A model generated the notes under the pieces. It worked only from the letters and a program-made list of their open reading frames with translations. It was not told where the DNA came from and ran no database searches. The position numbers were made by a program, and so were the translations under genes. A stretch of DNA of 64,000 nt from Leucoraja ocellata (taxonomy: Eukaryota). The DNA lies in NCBI GenBank assembly GCA_036785375.1, contig JAWMAR010000202.1, forward strand, positions 3,162,001-3,226,000, read 5' to 3'. Below, piece by piece: positions 25,196-41,200 of this stretch (within the stretch, counting starts at the first letter, position 1; the number at the start of each line of letters is the position of its first letter).

Positions 25196-26069
25196 TGCAA
25201 GAGGAGAAGTGGGTAAGCTTATTCCATTGAATTGCTAAAGTAATTTCAATTTATCATGGATTATAAATAAAGGATATTGCCTGTGGGTGAGATGATGATA
25301 TGTGCAGAGCGGATTAATTAATGAGATGACCAGCTCAGCTCCACCCAAAACATCACCCATTCGTTCTCTCCAGCAATGCTGCCTGTCCCGCCGAGTTACT
25401 CCAACATTTTATGTCTATCTTAGCTCTAGTTCAACAGACTGCTCCTAGCCTGACCAGTGAATCATCTAAAGGTCTAGGCAGGGAACATGATAGCTTTTTA
25501 TAGATGATAGATCCTCCTGTGTTTCCGTTTTGAAAAGTCAGTGGGGTTGCCCACCTACAACCAGCACCCTCGATGCCTCCCATGATTGATATCTCTTCTC
25601 CCCACCCCCACCACTCATGGATTTTGATTTTGGGTCTGAGGGAGTGTCCATGCCTGAAACATCACCTACCCATGTTCTCCAGAGACTGACCTGCTGAGTT
25701 ACTCCAGCACGTTGAGTCCTTATTTGTAAACCAGCATCTGCATTAGTATATTTGATCTGCAGGTCCTTGTTTCTAGATTTATTTTAATTGTGTTTAGATA
25801 TTTGGTAACTTTGAAGTAAAACAAGTTATTTAAAGTCAAATTATATTCAAACGGTAAGTGTAAGGCCTGGACATATTTTGGAGGGAGAGGAAAGTTTTGG
25901 GCCACTGCAACAATTCCTGTATTTGTAAGAACGTGTCCGAACAAGGGTCTCGACCCGAAACGTCACCAATTTCTGCTCTCCAGAGATGCTGCCTGCCTCG
26001 TTAATAAGTTACTCCAGCATATTGTGTTTATCTTCCTGTATTTGTCATCAAGATGAGAGTGAGACATTG

Positions 26070-26185
26070 AGGGGGCGGGGCCAGGGTTGTTTATTGTTAC
26101 ATTACAATTGACTTGGCCAATAGCCTGCAAGGAACAACGCTATGGAACGTTGGCCCGGGAGTGACGTCAGGCGGGATATAAGTAG
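26070..26185 (+). promoter_or_regulatory. H3.3 core promoter
   Basis: GC box GGGGGCGGGG (~26071), CCAAT (~26117), perfect CRE TGACGTCA (26162-26169), TATA-like GATATAAG (~26175-26182). Confidence 0.75.
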
Positions 26186-26699
26186 CGATGCAGTAGCGAG
26201 CGCCCGTGGTGAGGATCTGTAAACGCTGTGCGGTTCTTTGTAAACAAGACATCGACAATGCTAGTATTTTTAACCTCTTTTTTCGCCCTCGTGTTATTTT
26301 GATCGCTTTGTTTTGCCAGTGAATTGTGTTTATTCCGCGTTATTTCTGATCCGGGCGGCTACCCGGCCGAAAAAGGAATAAACAATCAGGCATTGTGTGC
26401 TGCCCTCGTTCATTGTGCCAGAAGATAAAGTATGGTACTGGACTCCCGAGATGGGTGCTCGGTCGGTTGGACTGGGCTAGACAGCCGCCATTCCATTATG
26501 AAAATTCTGGTCGGTTGGAGTGTTCCCTTTTGGGAGCCACAGCGCCGCCACTAATTGCCGGAAGGGCGGGAATACGAGTGAGTGAGTGAGTGAGCAAGGA
26601 AGGGAGGAGGTGGCAAGAGACAAAGTGCCGTGGAGATTGGCGGCATTAAGTGGAACATCGTCATGTCTAATCTTTCTCTCCGTTCTACAGATCCTATGA

Positions 26700-29732
<3,033 letters not shown>

Positions 29733-31793
29733 AATGTTACACGTTGAGATTTTCTCAAAGTTAATTGTATTTTGAAATTTATATTTTAAGAGGCCCATTC
29801 CTGAAACAATTTTGGACTACAGTCTTGGCTTCTGGTGAAGACTGGGCCACCTTTCATTTTTTTTAGTATTGATAATAATTTTAAATGTGTAAGTAGCAGA
29901 TCATTTTGTAAACATTCTTTGACTCTTGGCTCAGGTTTCAAAATAAAACGTTTTGTATCTTTAGCCTGTGACTTTAATATACACACATTGTGAGTGGGAA
30001 CTGTCCTGTATTGCAACTTTTAATGATGGGGGGGTCCACTCAGATTCTGAATAAATTCTGAATAAGTTTATTTATAAACAATCAAGAAAAAATGTATCAA
30101 ACGAAAGTTATGTTCTGTACATTTATTACAGTATACCTGTACAGATTGAAAACCAAAACGAACCAATGATTCAGTGTTTGTTTTGCCTGATCAGGACTGC
30201 TTCACACAACTCGTGTGTATTGCAATCCAATGGTGTAGTAAGATTGATTTTAATTGTTTTAATTCCACTTTTGGCAGCATTTTCAGTACAGTACTTCAAT
30301 TAAGGAAAAGTAGTGGTGAGAAGCATTAGCACTGTACTATGAACAATATTGCAATTACAGATAAGGTCGGCTTCAAATCAGAGATGATCCTATCGTTTAC
30401 ATATACCACATATTGTTAAAGGACAATGTTCAAGAGAAGACCCTCCCAGCTGGCTCTCTCCCCACCAACCTAATTTTGCAGTATCTTTGTCAGGCAGGCC
30501 ACATCTTCATCCTCATGATTGTCTCAATCTGAGAATATTAGATGCCAAAATTTGAAACTGACAATTTAGTTTTGATTATTTTCTCCAAAATGATCCCTTG
30601 TTCCTTTTTCAGTTGCTTCGACAAAGGAACTCTGCAGATTAATCAAATTTATAAATACACGTTATCAATAGAAATGTTTAGATAGTTGTTACCGCTGAAA
30701 CTTTGACAGTTTTCAAATTAACTGCAGAGATGAACTGTGGTTCTGAATGATGCAATGGCTACAAGTGAGTAACCAAGCACAGATCAAGGTTTAAATGTGA
30801 ACATCTCGTGATATGGAAAGGTCCGAGTTATCGATGCCATCAGAAGCTCAGCTGTGCCATTGTGTGACTGATCATCTCACACTTCATTCTCTGTTGATAT
30901 GTCTCAGTCGAGAGAAGCAGTGAAGTCTCATACATCTAAATTATGTTTCCGAAGGAATCATGAAAACTCAAATGGAAGATTCCACCAACCAAATTTCAAC
31001 CTCAACAGATTTCAGTTGAAGTAAAACTGGATATGATCTGGATACAGGAAATAAATGGAAATACTCAGTGTCAGGCAGCACACGAAGAGAGAGAAATAAA
31101 GTTAATGCGTCAGATCAAAGACCCTTTATCAGAATCGGGAAAAGTTAGAAGTTAAACATGCCTAAAGCTGCAAAGAATAGGAGTCTCCATTCAACTCGTA
31201 TTCTGGCATCTGTATTTGGTGGTCTATGCTGTTTTAAGCAAAGTTCAATACCAGTTTATAGAACAGGACCATGGGTTTCTTCTGGGTTCATTGCAGCTTT
31301 CAAAACTCAAGAGTTAATCAGCCATTTCAGTCGTATCTTTTTACTCTCCCTTGTACTGGTAATTTTGTATTTTATTTTTCCCTTCCTTTTTGTTTCCCAA
31401 TGCACCTTTTGTAGCTTACAAATCTTTCTCACTCTCATTCAGCAGCACCAGCCATACTGGTGTCATTCAATCTTTCTTGGCTTCCACCATATCACTTTCC
31501 TTTATTAATTTTCTGCTCCTCCCCATCTCTGCAACTTAAAATGGTTTATTTCTATCTTTATTCCATTCTAAGGAAAGGTCATTGATTTGAAATTGTGAAT
31601 ACAATTCTGACTCCATAGGTGCTGTCTGGCCAGTTGGGTATTTCTAGTATTGTCCATTTTTATTTCAGATTTCCAACCTCTGCAATAATTTGCTTCTGGA
31701 CGGCAGTTTCATAATGAATTTTATCATCTACAATTTCAAAAAAAAACAAAACAAAAAACATGCCTAATTGCGGGAGATACCATCCTCCATTCA

Positions 31794-34700
31794 TTACGTT
31801 GTTTTGTTTGGTTTCTTGGCATCTTCCTCTGGCTCGGCCTCGGACAGTATGAGATCAGGAAAATGGTCACTCAAAGTTTGTCCCATGATTCTATCAACTT
31901 CAGTTTCTTTCCTAAGGATGCACCAAACTAAAAAAGCAATTGCAGCCAGACTGAGGGGAAGAACCTTCCACCAAGGTTTTTGATGACCACCGCCCAGTGC
32001 TTTCTCCACAGACCAGACAGAACCGCTTGCCTTACTGGTGCTAAATTTTATGGCTCCATCTTCTTCATTCTCAATTTCCTTAAGTGATGATTTTTGGTCA
32101 CGTGGAGCTGTAGAGAAGGCTCTTGTCGAATTGTATTGTCTACAAAGAAAACAAAAATTTGAGTTGCGTCATTATTTGCAGATTAGCCCATGCTAGTAAA
32201 CATAACACACATTGTTTTTCTTGTCTCTCCCTAAAGATGGTTCCATATCCCAATACCCATCTGCTAGACCAGATGTAAAGCTCTTACATCTAAACTCAGA
32301 AACTGCAGATGCTCATTTGCAAAAAAAGACACAAAACGCTGGAGTAACTTAGCAGGTCAGACAACATCTGACGAATATGGATAGATGTGTTTTGAGTTCT
32401 GACCCTTCAGTGATTTTAGTGAGGCAGAGAAAGCAGGAGGGGTGCGACAAATCCTGGCAAGTGATAGGTGAAACAGGTAAGGGTTTTGGTTTTTTATTGG
32501 CAGATTGAACAAAGGCCAGAAATGAAAAGACAAATATAGAGATATGAAATGTGAAGCCAAAAGGAGGCATACACGTGGGAGGTGACAGGAAAAGGGAGAA
32601 ATCCAGATGGGGCACAGGGGGGGGGGTGGGGTAGGAGGAGGTTGGTTTTCTCCTTTAACGTTCTCCTCACATCTCTGATATTTACACATGGGAACTTGAA
32701 GCTCTTACATATTTCCACTTCAGCGCCATTGATGTTCAATGGGAATTGAACACCACGTTGTTTCCTTAGTCCATAACTATCTCCTTCATTTTGCTTATAT
32801 TAAGGGAGGGGTTGTTGGTCTGACCATATTATGAAGGTATTTATCTCCTTCCTGTAGTCCAGTGCATCATTGTTCGAGCCCACTATAATGGTGTAATATG
32901 TAAACTTGTAAATGGAGTTCGAGCAGAATTTGGCATCACAGTGCTGAGTGTATAGGGAGTGTAGTAAATTAAATGAGTACCGCTTAATTTCACATCCCGT
33001 TATGCCATGCTTGTTCAAATAATTATCCAGGTGCCTTTATGTGCTACTTCTGTTTCCATCGCCTCATCTGAGAACTCAATTTAAATACTAACTACTCTTA
33101 AAAGTTTACTGTTCAGGCTTGCTTGAAACCACCCCCATCCAACCTTAAATCTGTGGGCTATAGTTTTAGACAGCTCTACCATGGGAAACAGACTCTTTCT
33201 ATACGTTCTATGCCATTCATATTTTTGTATAGCTCTCAGCCTCCTTTGCAACATGAAAATAGACCCAATGTATCCAATCTCTCCCTATAACTCAAACTCT
33301 TTAATCTAGGTAACATCCTTGTGAATATTTTCTGCATCCTCTCCAGCTGAATATCTTTCCTGTAGAGTGGCCAAAACTGATCATAATAATCTAACTGTAG
33401 CCTAATCAACTTTTCCTGCAACTGTAACAAAGTCTCATCTCTTGTACTCAATACTTTGTCCTATGTCCATAATAAGCCTTCTTCATCACTCAGTTTACCT
33501 GTGTTGCCACTTTCAAGGAACTCTATATTACGAGCTCTCTCTCTGCTAAACAACAATCAGAGTTCTGCCATTCACCCTGTATGTCTTCCTCCAGTTTAAC
33601 TTCCTAAAATGCATCGCTTTCCACTTGCCAAGTTAAATTTAATTTGCCTTTGGCCACTTTGTCAGTTGATCAATATTCTCTTGTCATGTTAGACAACCTT
33701 GGGTAGACAAAAGTGCTGGAGAAACTCAGTGGGTGCAGCAGCATTTATGGAATGAAGGAAATAGGCAATGTTTCGGGCCGAAACCCTTCTTCAGACTGAT
33801 CTGTTAGACAACCTTCTTTAGTACGAAAGGCCTGTTTTGATCAATCTCTCAAGGGACAAGAAAATCACCCTAGAAGTTAATCCAATGAGCTTCCATTGCA
33901 CTACTTTCAAGGCAAGTTTATCATTCTTTAAATTGTACCTGACACTAGCTGTGGTCTCACCAAAGCTCTGTGCATTTATAGACTTTTTTATGCTTGTACT
34001 ACATCTTCAGTACAATAGAGATTACCTCTTCATTTAGTTATCTCATGCAACTGCTTGCTAATATTTCTAGAGTATACAAACCCCATGATCACCCCTGGCA
34101 CCAACATTGAAGAATGCCACCATTTCAGTAATCCTCTGTTAATCCTTAACCATCCTCTGTTCAATTTACTAAATTGGATAATAATACATTTTCTCTCATT
34201 ATATCCCATCTTAAGAGAGTAAATTGGATGACGAAATCAATGACCAAGCAGCATAGATTTTACATCGTGGATAGAATAAGAAAGGAGGTATGGAAATTGT
34301 TTCCCCAAGTATGGTAGAGGTCTTCACCTCGCAGCTTGTAAGGGTGAAGATGTAGAAACACTCATCACTTTAAAAAAGAACCACAGTGTGTATTTGGAGA
34401 GCTGTAACCTGCAGCACTTACAAACCAAGTGCTGGCATTAGATTAGATTCGTTTATTGTCATTCAAACCTTTCGGTCTGAACGAAATTTTGTTTCCCTGC
34501 AGTCATACATATAATTTAAAAAATGACAAAAACACACAATCAACACAAATTTAACATCCACCACAGTGAGTTCACCAAACACCTCCTCACTGTGGTGGAA
34601 GGCAAAATCTTAAAGTCTCTGTCTCTTCCCTCTTTGTTCTCCCTCTGCGCCGAGGCGACGGCTCAAACTCTGCGGGTGGTCGCTGCCTCCGCCACAGCTC

Positions 34701-35536
34701 CAGGACCGAGTCGGGTCTCCGCTCCGCTGGCATGTGGAATTAGTTTGGGTAATTCTTTCTCAAGACATCCTTATGTCATAACATTTCTATAATTTTATCT
34801 TGTTCACATTAACTGATGATAGCATGGATTTCTGATGGAGAAGTAGGGGGTTCCCAATGTTACGAATTTAGAAGATTATTGTCGAGTATTATCTATATTC
34901 ATAAAACACCCGTGCATTCTTAACACAAATGTGCTTTTATGTGATCCACACTTCGTTAGTTACAATAAACTAAATACAGAAAAATATTCTAAATCCTCAG
35001 CACGTCAGGCATCATCTGTGAAAAGTGAATGGGGTTGTTTCAGCTCAATAGTTTGCTGAGTATTACCAATTTTTTTTTCTTCAGATTTCCAGTCAATATT
35101 GCATCTTTCTTATTAGGTCTGTCATGAAAGCCTCTAACGCTAACGCTGTGTAAGCATACGCCCGAGTCAGAAGGATGCGGGTTCACCCCTTGTTCCAGGT
35201 ATTGGAAAACAAAATACAGTTACACACAGTACTAAGGAAACTCTCGGAGCCTCACACACGAGGCAAGCCATCACTGGTTGGAAGATTTCCGCCAGCACTA
35301 AATTGCTAAATTAAACGGCCTTCCATCGCCAATTAAGAATTCATTCCTAATACCGACGATGTTGAAGGTCATGTGCTGTCATTTAGCGCAAGAACAAAGC
35401 AGCAATCCCTCCCAGTCTCAATTGTTCTACGTTTAACGCACCTGCACCCGGCAAAACTCGTTCCAAATAGGTGTCGGTTTGAGGATGAAAAAACATGTAA
35501 ATTCCGCACTAAAATCCCACACCGCACCGTCATCAT
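31794..35536 (-). CDS. UQCC4: Ubiquinol-cytochrome c reductase complex assembly factor 4 (C16orf91/CCSMST1), ~146 aa; exon 1 35536-35442, exon 2 32139-31794
   Basis: Exon 2: QYNSTRAFSTAP..IKFSTSKASGSVWSVEKALGGGHQKPWWKVLPLSLAAIAFLVWCILRKETEVD..* (I.FS.SKA..WSV..LG..PWWKVLP TM motif). Exon 1: MMTVRCGILVRNLHVFSSSNRHLFGTSFAGC, a mitochondrial presequence-like peptide, ends AG|GTGCGT and joins exon 2 in phase 2. CCGGAA ETS motif just upstream (~35600). Exon 1 is less certain than exon 2. Confidence 0.85.
32740..33700 (-). mobile_element. Diverged LINE (CR1-type) fragments in UQCC4 intron
   Basis: ORF 33236-33451 ..RLQLDYYDQFWPLYRKDIQLERMQKIFTRMLPRLKSLSYRERLDTLGLFS matches CR1 ORF2. Confidence 0.7.
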
Positions 35537-37879
35537 CCTCCTTTACAACAAAATAACCAGTCCACTGGTGCACCGGCTCAGCCTTCCCCAGCACCACTAG
35601 TTCCGGCGAACACTGCGGAAAGCAACTCACTTCAACATCCAGTACTTGAAAGACATTGATAGTAAGAAACCCATAGTTGTAAGCACATGTAAGCAGTGCT
35701 AGAGCATTAACTTCCATTTTCATATCTCTTAAACTGTCATAGCGATCCAAAATGAAAATAAGTATGTATTGCAATGAGAAATTGATCCTTCTGGCTTAAC
35801 AAGGTAAATCTTGCAAAGGGGTAACATCAGCAAAAAGGTCCCCCATGTTCAAAAGCCAATGATTTGTTATAACATCAGTAAAGTTTGAGATATTAAACAA
35901 ATTGAGAAATAAACAAATTTACCATCCTCAGTTCACTGTGTCTCTAATATGTTTGGCTTTGTTTCCCATTTTCATTTCTTTGGGAGATTTTCTATTACTT
36001 AAATGTACTTTTTGTGACATTTTTGCACTGTGTTTAAAAAAAAAAAACCCTCTAGGTTATATAGGATAAAAGCTTGCTATTTAAAATACCTATTCTTACT
36101 GTCATTCATGATATTTGTCAGATACAGCTTTCCTTTAGACCTACCGGTAACTACTGGGCGACCAGACCTGGTTGGGTTACCTGGTAACAGGTCTTCTGTT
36201 TCTTGCTTGGCTATTCCATGAAGTCGAGGATGACTTCAGTGGAAGTGACTGCTGAGGCCAATGAAAGACCTGCAATTTATATCATTGGTGGAGCAGAAAG
36301 TACTGATGGGGCAGGTAGTGAGTATTTTCAGAGGTTATCTAGGCCATTCATAATTCCCCTTCTCCACTTAGAATGGTCACGGACCAGAATTTCCTTGAGT
36401 CATTGGGGATGTTATATTTTATATTTTCCAAGGTAGGCGTGTAGAATCCATGAATCATTTCTCCTCTCCTCTTGTTAATTGGTTGTTTTTAGAGTAATTA
36501 GAACATTAAACCTGATGATGTTGGCCTTAGACAGGAGGACAATGATATTGGTTCAATTATCCTACAGTAGTTTGGGATGATGATGTGCAGTGAGTGTTGC
36601 ATCAAAACTTTGAGTCTTCAACCGTAAGTAACCCATGTCACAGAAGCATATAAGAGGGTGTTGATTTTTACTGCCTGAGAGATGATAAACTTTGTACCAG
36701 GAGAGAGATCTAGATCATCAAACATTCTTTTCACAGATAGTCAAAGAAGGTGCAAGCACACTGAAGATTATGCCAAATATCAAATTGATGTCAGCCTTTG
36801 CTTAAAAATGACTCTCGAGATATGGAAAATGGCCCATGTTTTCCAAGTATGTCATCATGGACTTTTAGCAATGGGAAGGCACCATTGTGCAGGGGGTTTG
36901 AAGACGTTCGGTATAAAGTCTCATTCTCCAAAATGTTTCCATGAACCAGTCAGTCAAGGTGTGGTCAACAGAAAGAGCTGGCATAGCTTCTTTGAAGGAC
37001 ATGGATAGGCAGCATTTCGGATGGGAACCTTCCCCAGAATACGATTGTTGCGATTAGTCTGTAATGTGATTGTCCCCCACTCATGTGGTCCCCTCAGGTG
37101 ATATTTGCTTTCCTTTGTTTGAGGTTACTGTAACATTTTGTGTCTTTCTTTGTAAACCAGCATATGCAGTTCTTTTTGTTTCTGTATCCGCCTGTCACTT
37201 GGCAGGCTTTGTCCTGCCCCACCTCTCTTCTAGATTTCTCAGGATTCAGGAGTGTTTTATTGTCGTATAGAGAACAATGAAATTCTTACTTGCAGCAGCA
37301 CAACAGAACATGTAAACATAGTAAAGAGTACACTGTAAACAATATAATAAGCAAATAAATAAGTTCAGTGTGTGTATATATACACACATACATATATGTG
37401 TATATACACAGCTACAAGCCTAGTGGTATGAATATTAATTTACCTAACTTCAGGTAGACCCGGCATTCCCTCTCTCTCTATCCGTCCCCCACACCAGTCG
37501 CACTAGCTTCTCGTTTTCACCGAACAAACAGCTAACAATAGCCTGTTTCCTTTATCTTCGTGACTTTTTTGCATATCTTTCATTCATTATCTTTTTATCT
37601 CTCCACATCGTCGTCTATATCTCTCGTTTCCCTTCATCTCTAACCAGTGTGAAGAAGGGTCTCGACCCGAAACGCCACCCATTCCTTCTCTCCAGATATG
37701 CTGCCTGTCCCGCTGAGCTTGTTGTGTCTACCTTGGTTTAAACCAGCATTACATACATGCATATATACTCCCCCTCTACACCAATAATTCTGAGGAAGGG
37801 TCCCCAATCTGAAACGTCGTGTGTACATGTTCTCCAGAGATGCTGCCTGACCCGCTGAGTTACCTCAGTGCTTTGAGTC

Positions 37880-38200
37880 CTTCGCCGTGAGGTTACGTTG
37901 TTGGTGGCGACGCTGCTCTCCGCGCGCGGCGACGGTTGGGGGCGGTAGGGGGCGCGCGCGCGCGGGCCGGTGGCGCCAACGCTGATGGCGGGCGAGAGGG
38001 ACGCAATTAGCCCAGGGCCCCGCTCCAGCACGGCATGATATCGGTGCTCAGCCGCACGATGAGCAGCGTTAGGGGTCGCCGGTTGCAGGCCCGCCAGGTT
38101 CTGTGTGTGGCTGAGAAAAATGACGCGGCCAAAGCCATCGCAGAGATCATGTCGGCTGGACGTTCCCGGAGGGTAGGAGTCCGGTCTCTTCCCATTTGGG
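37880..38200 (+). promoter_or_regulatory. CpG island / TOP3A promoter and 5' UTR
   Basis: Very CpG-rich (GCGCGCGCGCGCG), GC boxes, no TATA. Confidence 0.7.
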
Positions 38201-41200
38201 ACATACAGCAATTCTCTCTACATCAGTCAGCTCAACCCACCCCTCCCTGTTGAATCTCACCTCTCCCTGTTGGATCTCACCCCCCCCCCCCATTCCCTTG
38301 TCCAATCAACCCCTACCCCTCACTGCGATACCTCTCCTCCCTGATAGACCCCATCATTTCCCTCCCTATTCAATCAACCCCCATCTCTCTCTGTTCAAAC
38401 CCCATCTCTTCTAGTTCAATCAACCCCACCCCTCCTTGATCGATGCCCACCACTCCCTCGGCCAACCTCCTCCCTGATCAACCTCACCTTTACCTTGATC
38501 AACTCCACCCCTGGCCTGTTTGACCCCGACCCCTGCCCTGACTGACCCCCCAACTCTGCCCTGATCGACCCCTGCCCTGATTAATCCCCACTCCTGCCCT
38601 GATCAACCCCCACCCTTCCCTTATGAACCCCACCTCCAGCTGATAACCTTCACCCCTGATCAATCTCTGCCCCCCCCCCCCCAAACTCGATCCCTTCCTA
38701 ATCTATTTCCACCCCTGACTACCTCAATGCCAACTACCCAGGCACATTATAGCCATCAATCTCAAAGCCTCCCCACCCTGCTTAAGATTCATCACCCCCT
38801 CCTTCATCTCCGTATCCTACAGAAGGTCACCCTCACTTTCCTGACCTCCTCACTTACCAGAAATCCTTGCCACTTCCCATCTGCTGTATCCAGTGACGGA
38901 CTGGGTCTAAAAATATTGGTTGCCAGGAGGCAAAGGGGGCCCACTTCATCAGGGGCCCACTTGATATAGGGGGCCCACTTCATCAGGGGCCCACTTTCCA
39001 ATCTCGCAAGCTGACATCCTGGCCAGTCCACTGGCTGTATCACTCTTTGACTAAGACTCTAACACTACCACTGTGGATATTTCACACCAAATCTGGTTGT
39101 CCTTTTCCTACTCTTCATTAACCTGAATTGTTGGCTCTTTAAACATTATTTGCAGGTGCTGCCTGAACATGCTCTGGTTTTATTTTAGATTTTCATTCTG
39201 CTGTGTTTTGAATATTGACATCAATAATGTTCCTGTTTTTGCCTCATCTAGAGAGAAGGGTTTTCAAAATTCAACAAGATCTATGAGTATGAATGTAATA
39301 TGCTTGGTCAGGTATGTCTTCATTTTCCTCCTGTTTAATAACATGGGTGCAAGGGTGACTGGTAGAAGAGAGAAGTGAATTGCTCCTTTTTTGTCCCTCT
39401 ACAGCCCCCCCCCCCCAGCCCCCATTTCTTGAATATGCTTTACTTGATGGCATAACTGGTTTGTTGTCACAGAATGGCTGTATGTATTGAGTATCTGAAA
39501 AGGCCATGACACTACTGCTTCGTTCTGAGTTTAGTTTAAAAATACCTAGTGAGGCAGGTGTAACTTTAGATAATATAGCACTCATAATCTAATGCTTCTG
39601 TTTCTAAGATATCCAATTGAAAGAAAGGATGGTATTTATTTTTTAAAGTATTTGGACTGACCTCCCTAGGCTTCCGAAAATTAGGGAAGAATTCATGAAG
39701 GTAGAACATGGATGAAGGGTTTAAAACACCACAGTTTGAGTTCCATATGGAAAGATTTTAAAACAAAAGTTCAAACTGGCTTTGTCGGAAGGTATCCATA
39801 ACTTCCTTTATTTTTGAAAGAATGATCAACCAGTAAGTTAAACATCCGACTCTGTGTTGGTATATAACGTTATCTTGAATAGGTATCACACTGGCAGACA
39901 CCGCATGTTGGGAACCAGATCCTGCAGTAAGATTGTTTAATATTAACGTGTTGTTGAATCAAAAGGTCTTTTATCAAGGAATGATTGAAAGTACATTTTC
40001 ATTGAAAGTACAATGTTTGAAAATAATGTGTAAGAGTAAGAATCACAATGATTATAAAAAGTATTCTAAAGTTTATGTTACTATAAGTAATGAGTGAATT
40101 TGCTATTTCTGTCTTTCCCTCCAAATATGCAGAATATTTCTATTGTGATGACTTCTGTTTCGGGTCACTTACTTGCGTTAGAATTCAAAGCACCTTTTCA
40201 GAAATGGTAAGTTTTTATTTAAATACAAAATTCAATCTACAAGCATGTCAGGTTTGCATGCTGCAATATTTTTTAGATTATATGGTTTGAATTTAAAACT
40301 CCAAAAGATATTAATGAAACAGACAATGCAACTATCTTGAAAAAAACACAGTTGCAGCAAAAGTGCAGAATATGTAAATGTTACAAAGATTTTCATGACT
40401 TAATCTAGTTGGCTGATGTGTTCGCGCAAGAACGGGAACAATTCAATTTTGGATGTGGAATATCCCACCACTTTCTTGTAAAACAAAGCTTGCCCCACAC
40501 TTCTCCTTTTAACTTTGCCTCCCACCTTAAGGCTATGTCCTCTAGCTTTGACAATTCCACCTTGGTTGGTTCTGCCGATGCTAATTTAGTTCAGTGATGT
40601 GGCTTATATGCACTGGAAATTTTGTAGATCTTAATGAGACTTCTCAAAGGTGTTTGCAGTCAGGGGGCAGATCTCTGCACTGGGAAATTTGAAACCTATT
40701 CCCATAGCCCTGTGATCCTGAACACATCTGCCTGCCCAACTACCCATGTTAACCATTTCCAAAAGTGTACTTACCTAAGCATTTTCTGGATGGATGAGGT
40801 CGTAATGTGGTTATTGCTGCCTGTCAATGGCTTTAATGATAGACAGACAAATTCCTCATCCAGTTCCTAATAATTGAGGCATTGACAGCTGGTTTAGGCA
40901 TTCTCTTAGGCTGAAATAGCTTTCAGAATCCTTTGAACAACCGAATGACAAAACTATTAACATTAATCATATTATGAAAACAATTTTTTAAATTAATAAT
41001 TGAAACACTGGAAACTACTGGTGCAATTATAAATACATTTGATTACAGTTATTTCAAAGAATAAAATTTGCCTAGCTGGGTTGTTACTGTTTATTAAAAC
41101 AAATGTTGTCACTGATAGTGATCAGCATCCAGATTCTCCACAGGACCTTCTGTAAGACTTCACGAAGCTGGTGCTTTATCACCGGGCTTGGTGAGAAACT

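Noticed and set aside
37738-38211. 157-aa ORF antisense to TOP3A exon 1, considered as UQCC4 exon 1 or SMCR8
   Set aside because: No homology, and it runs into a repeat. A better in-phase UQCC4 exon 1 lies at 35442-35536.
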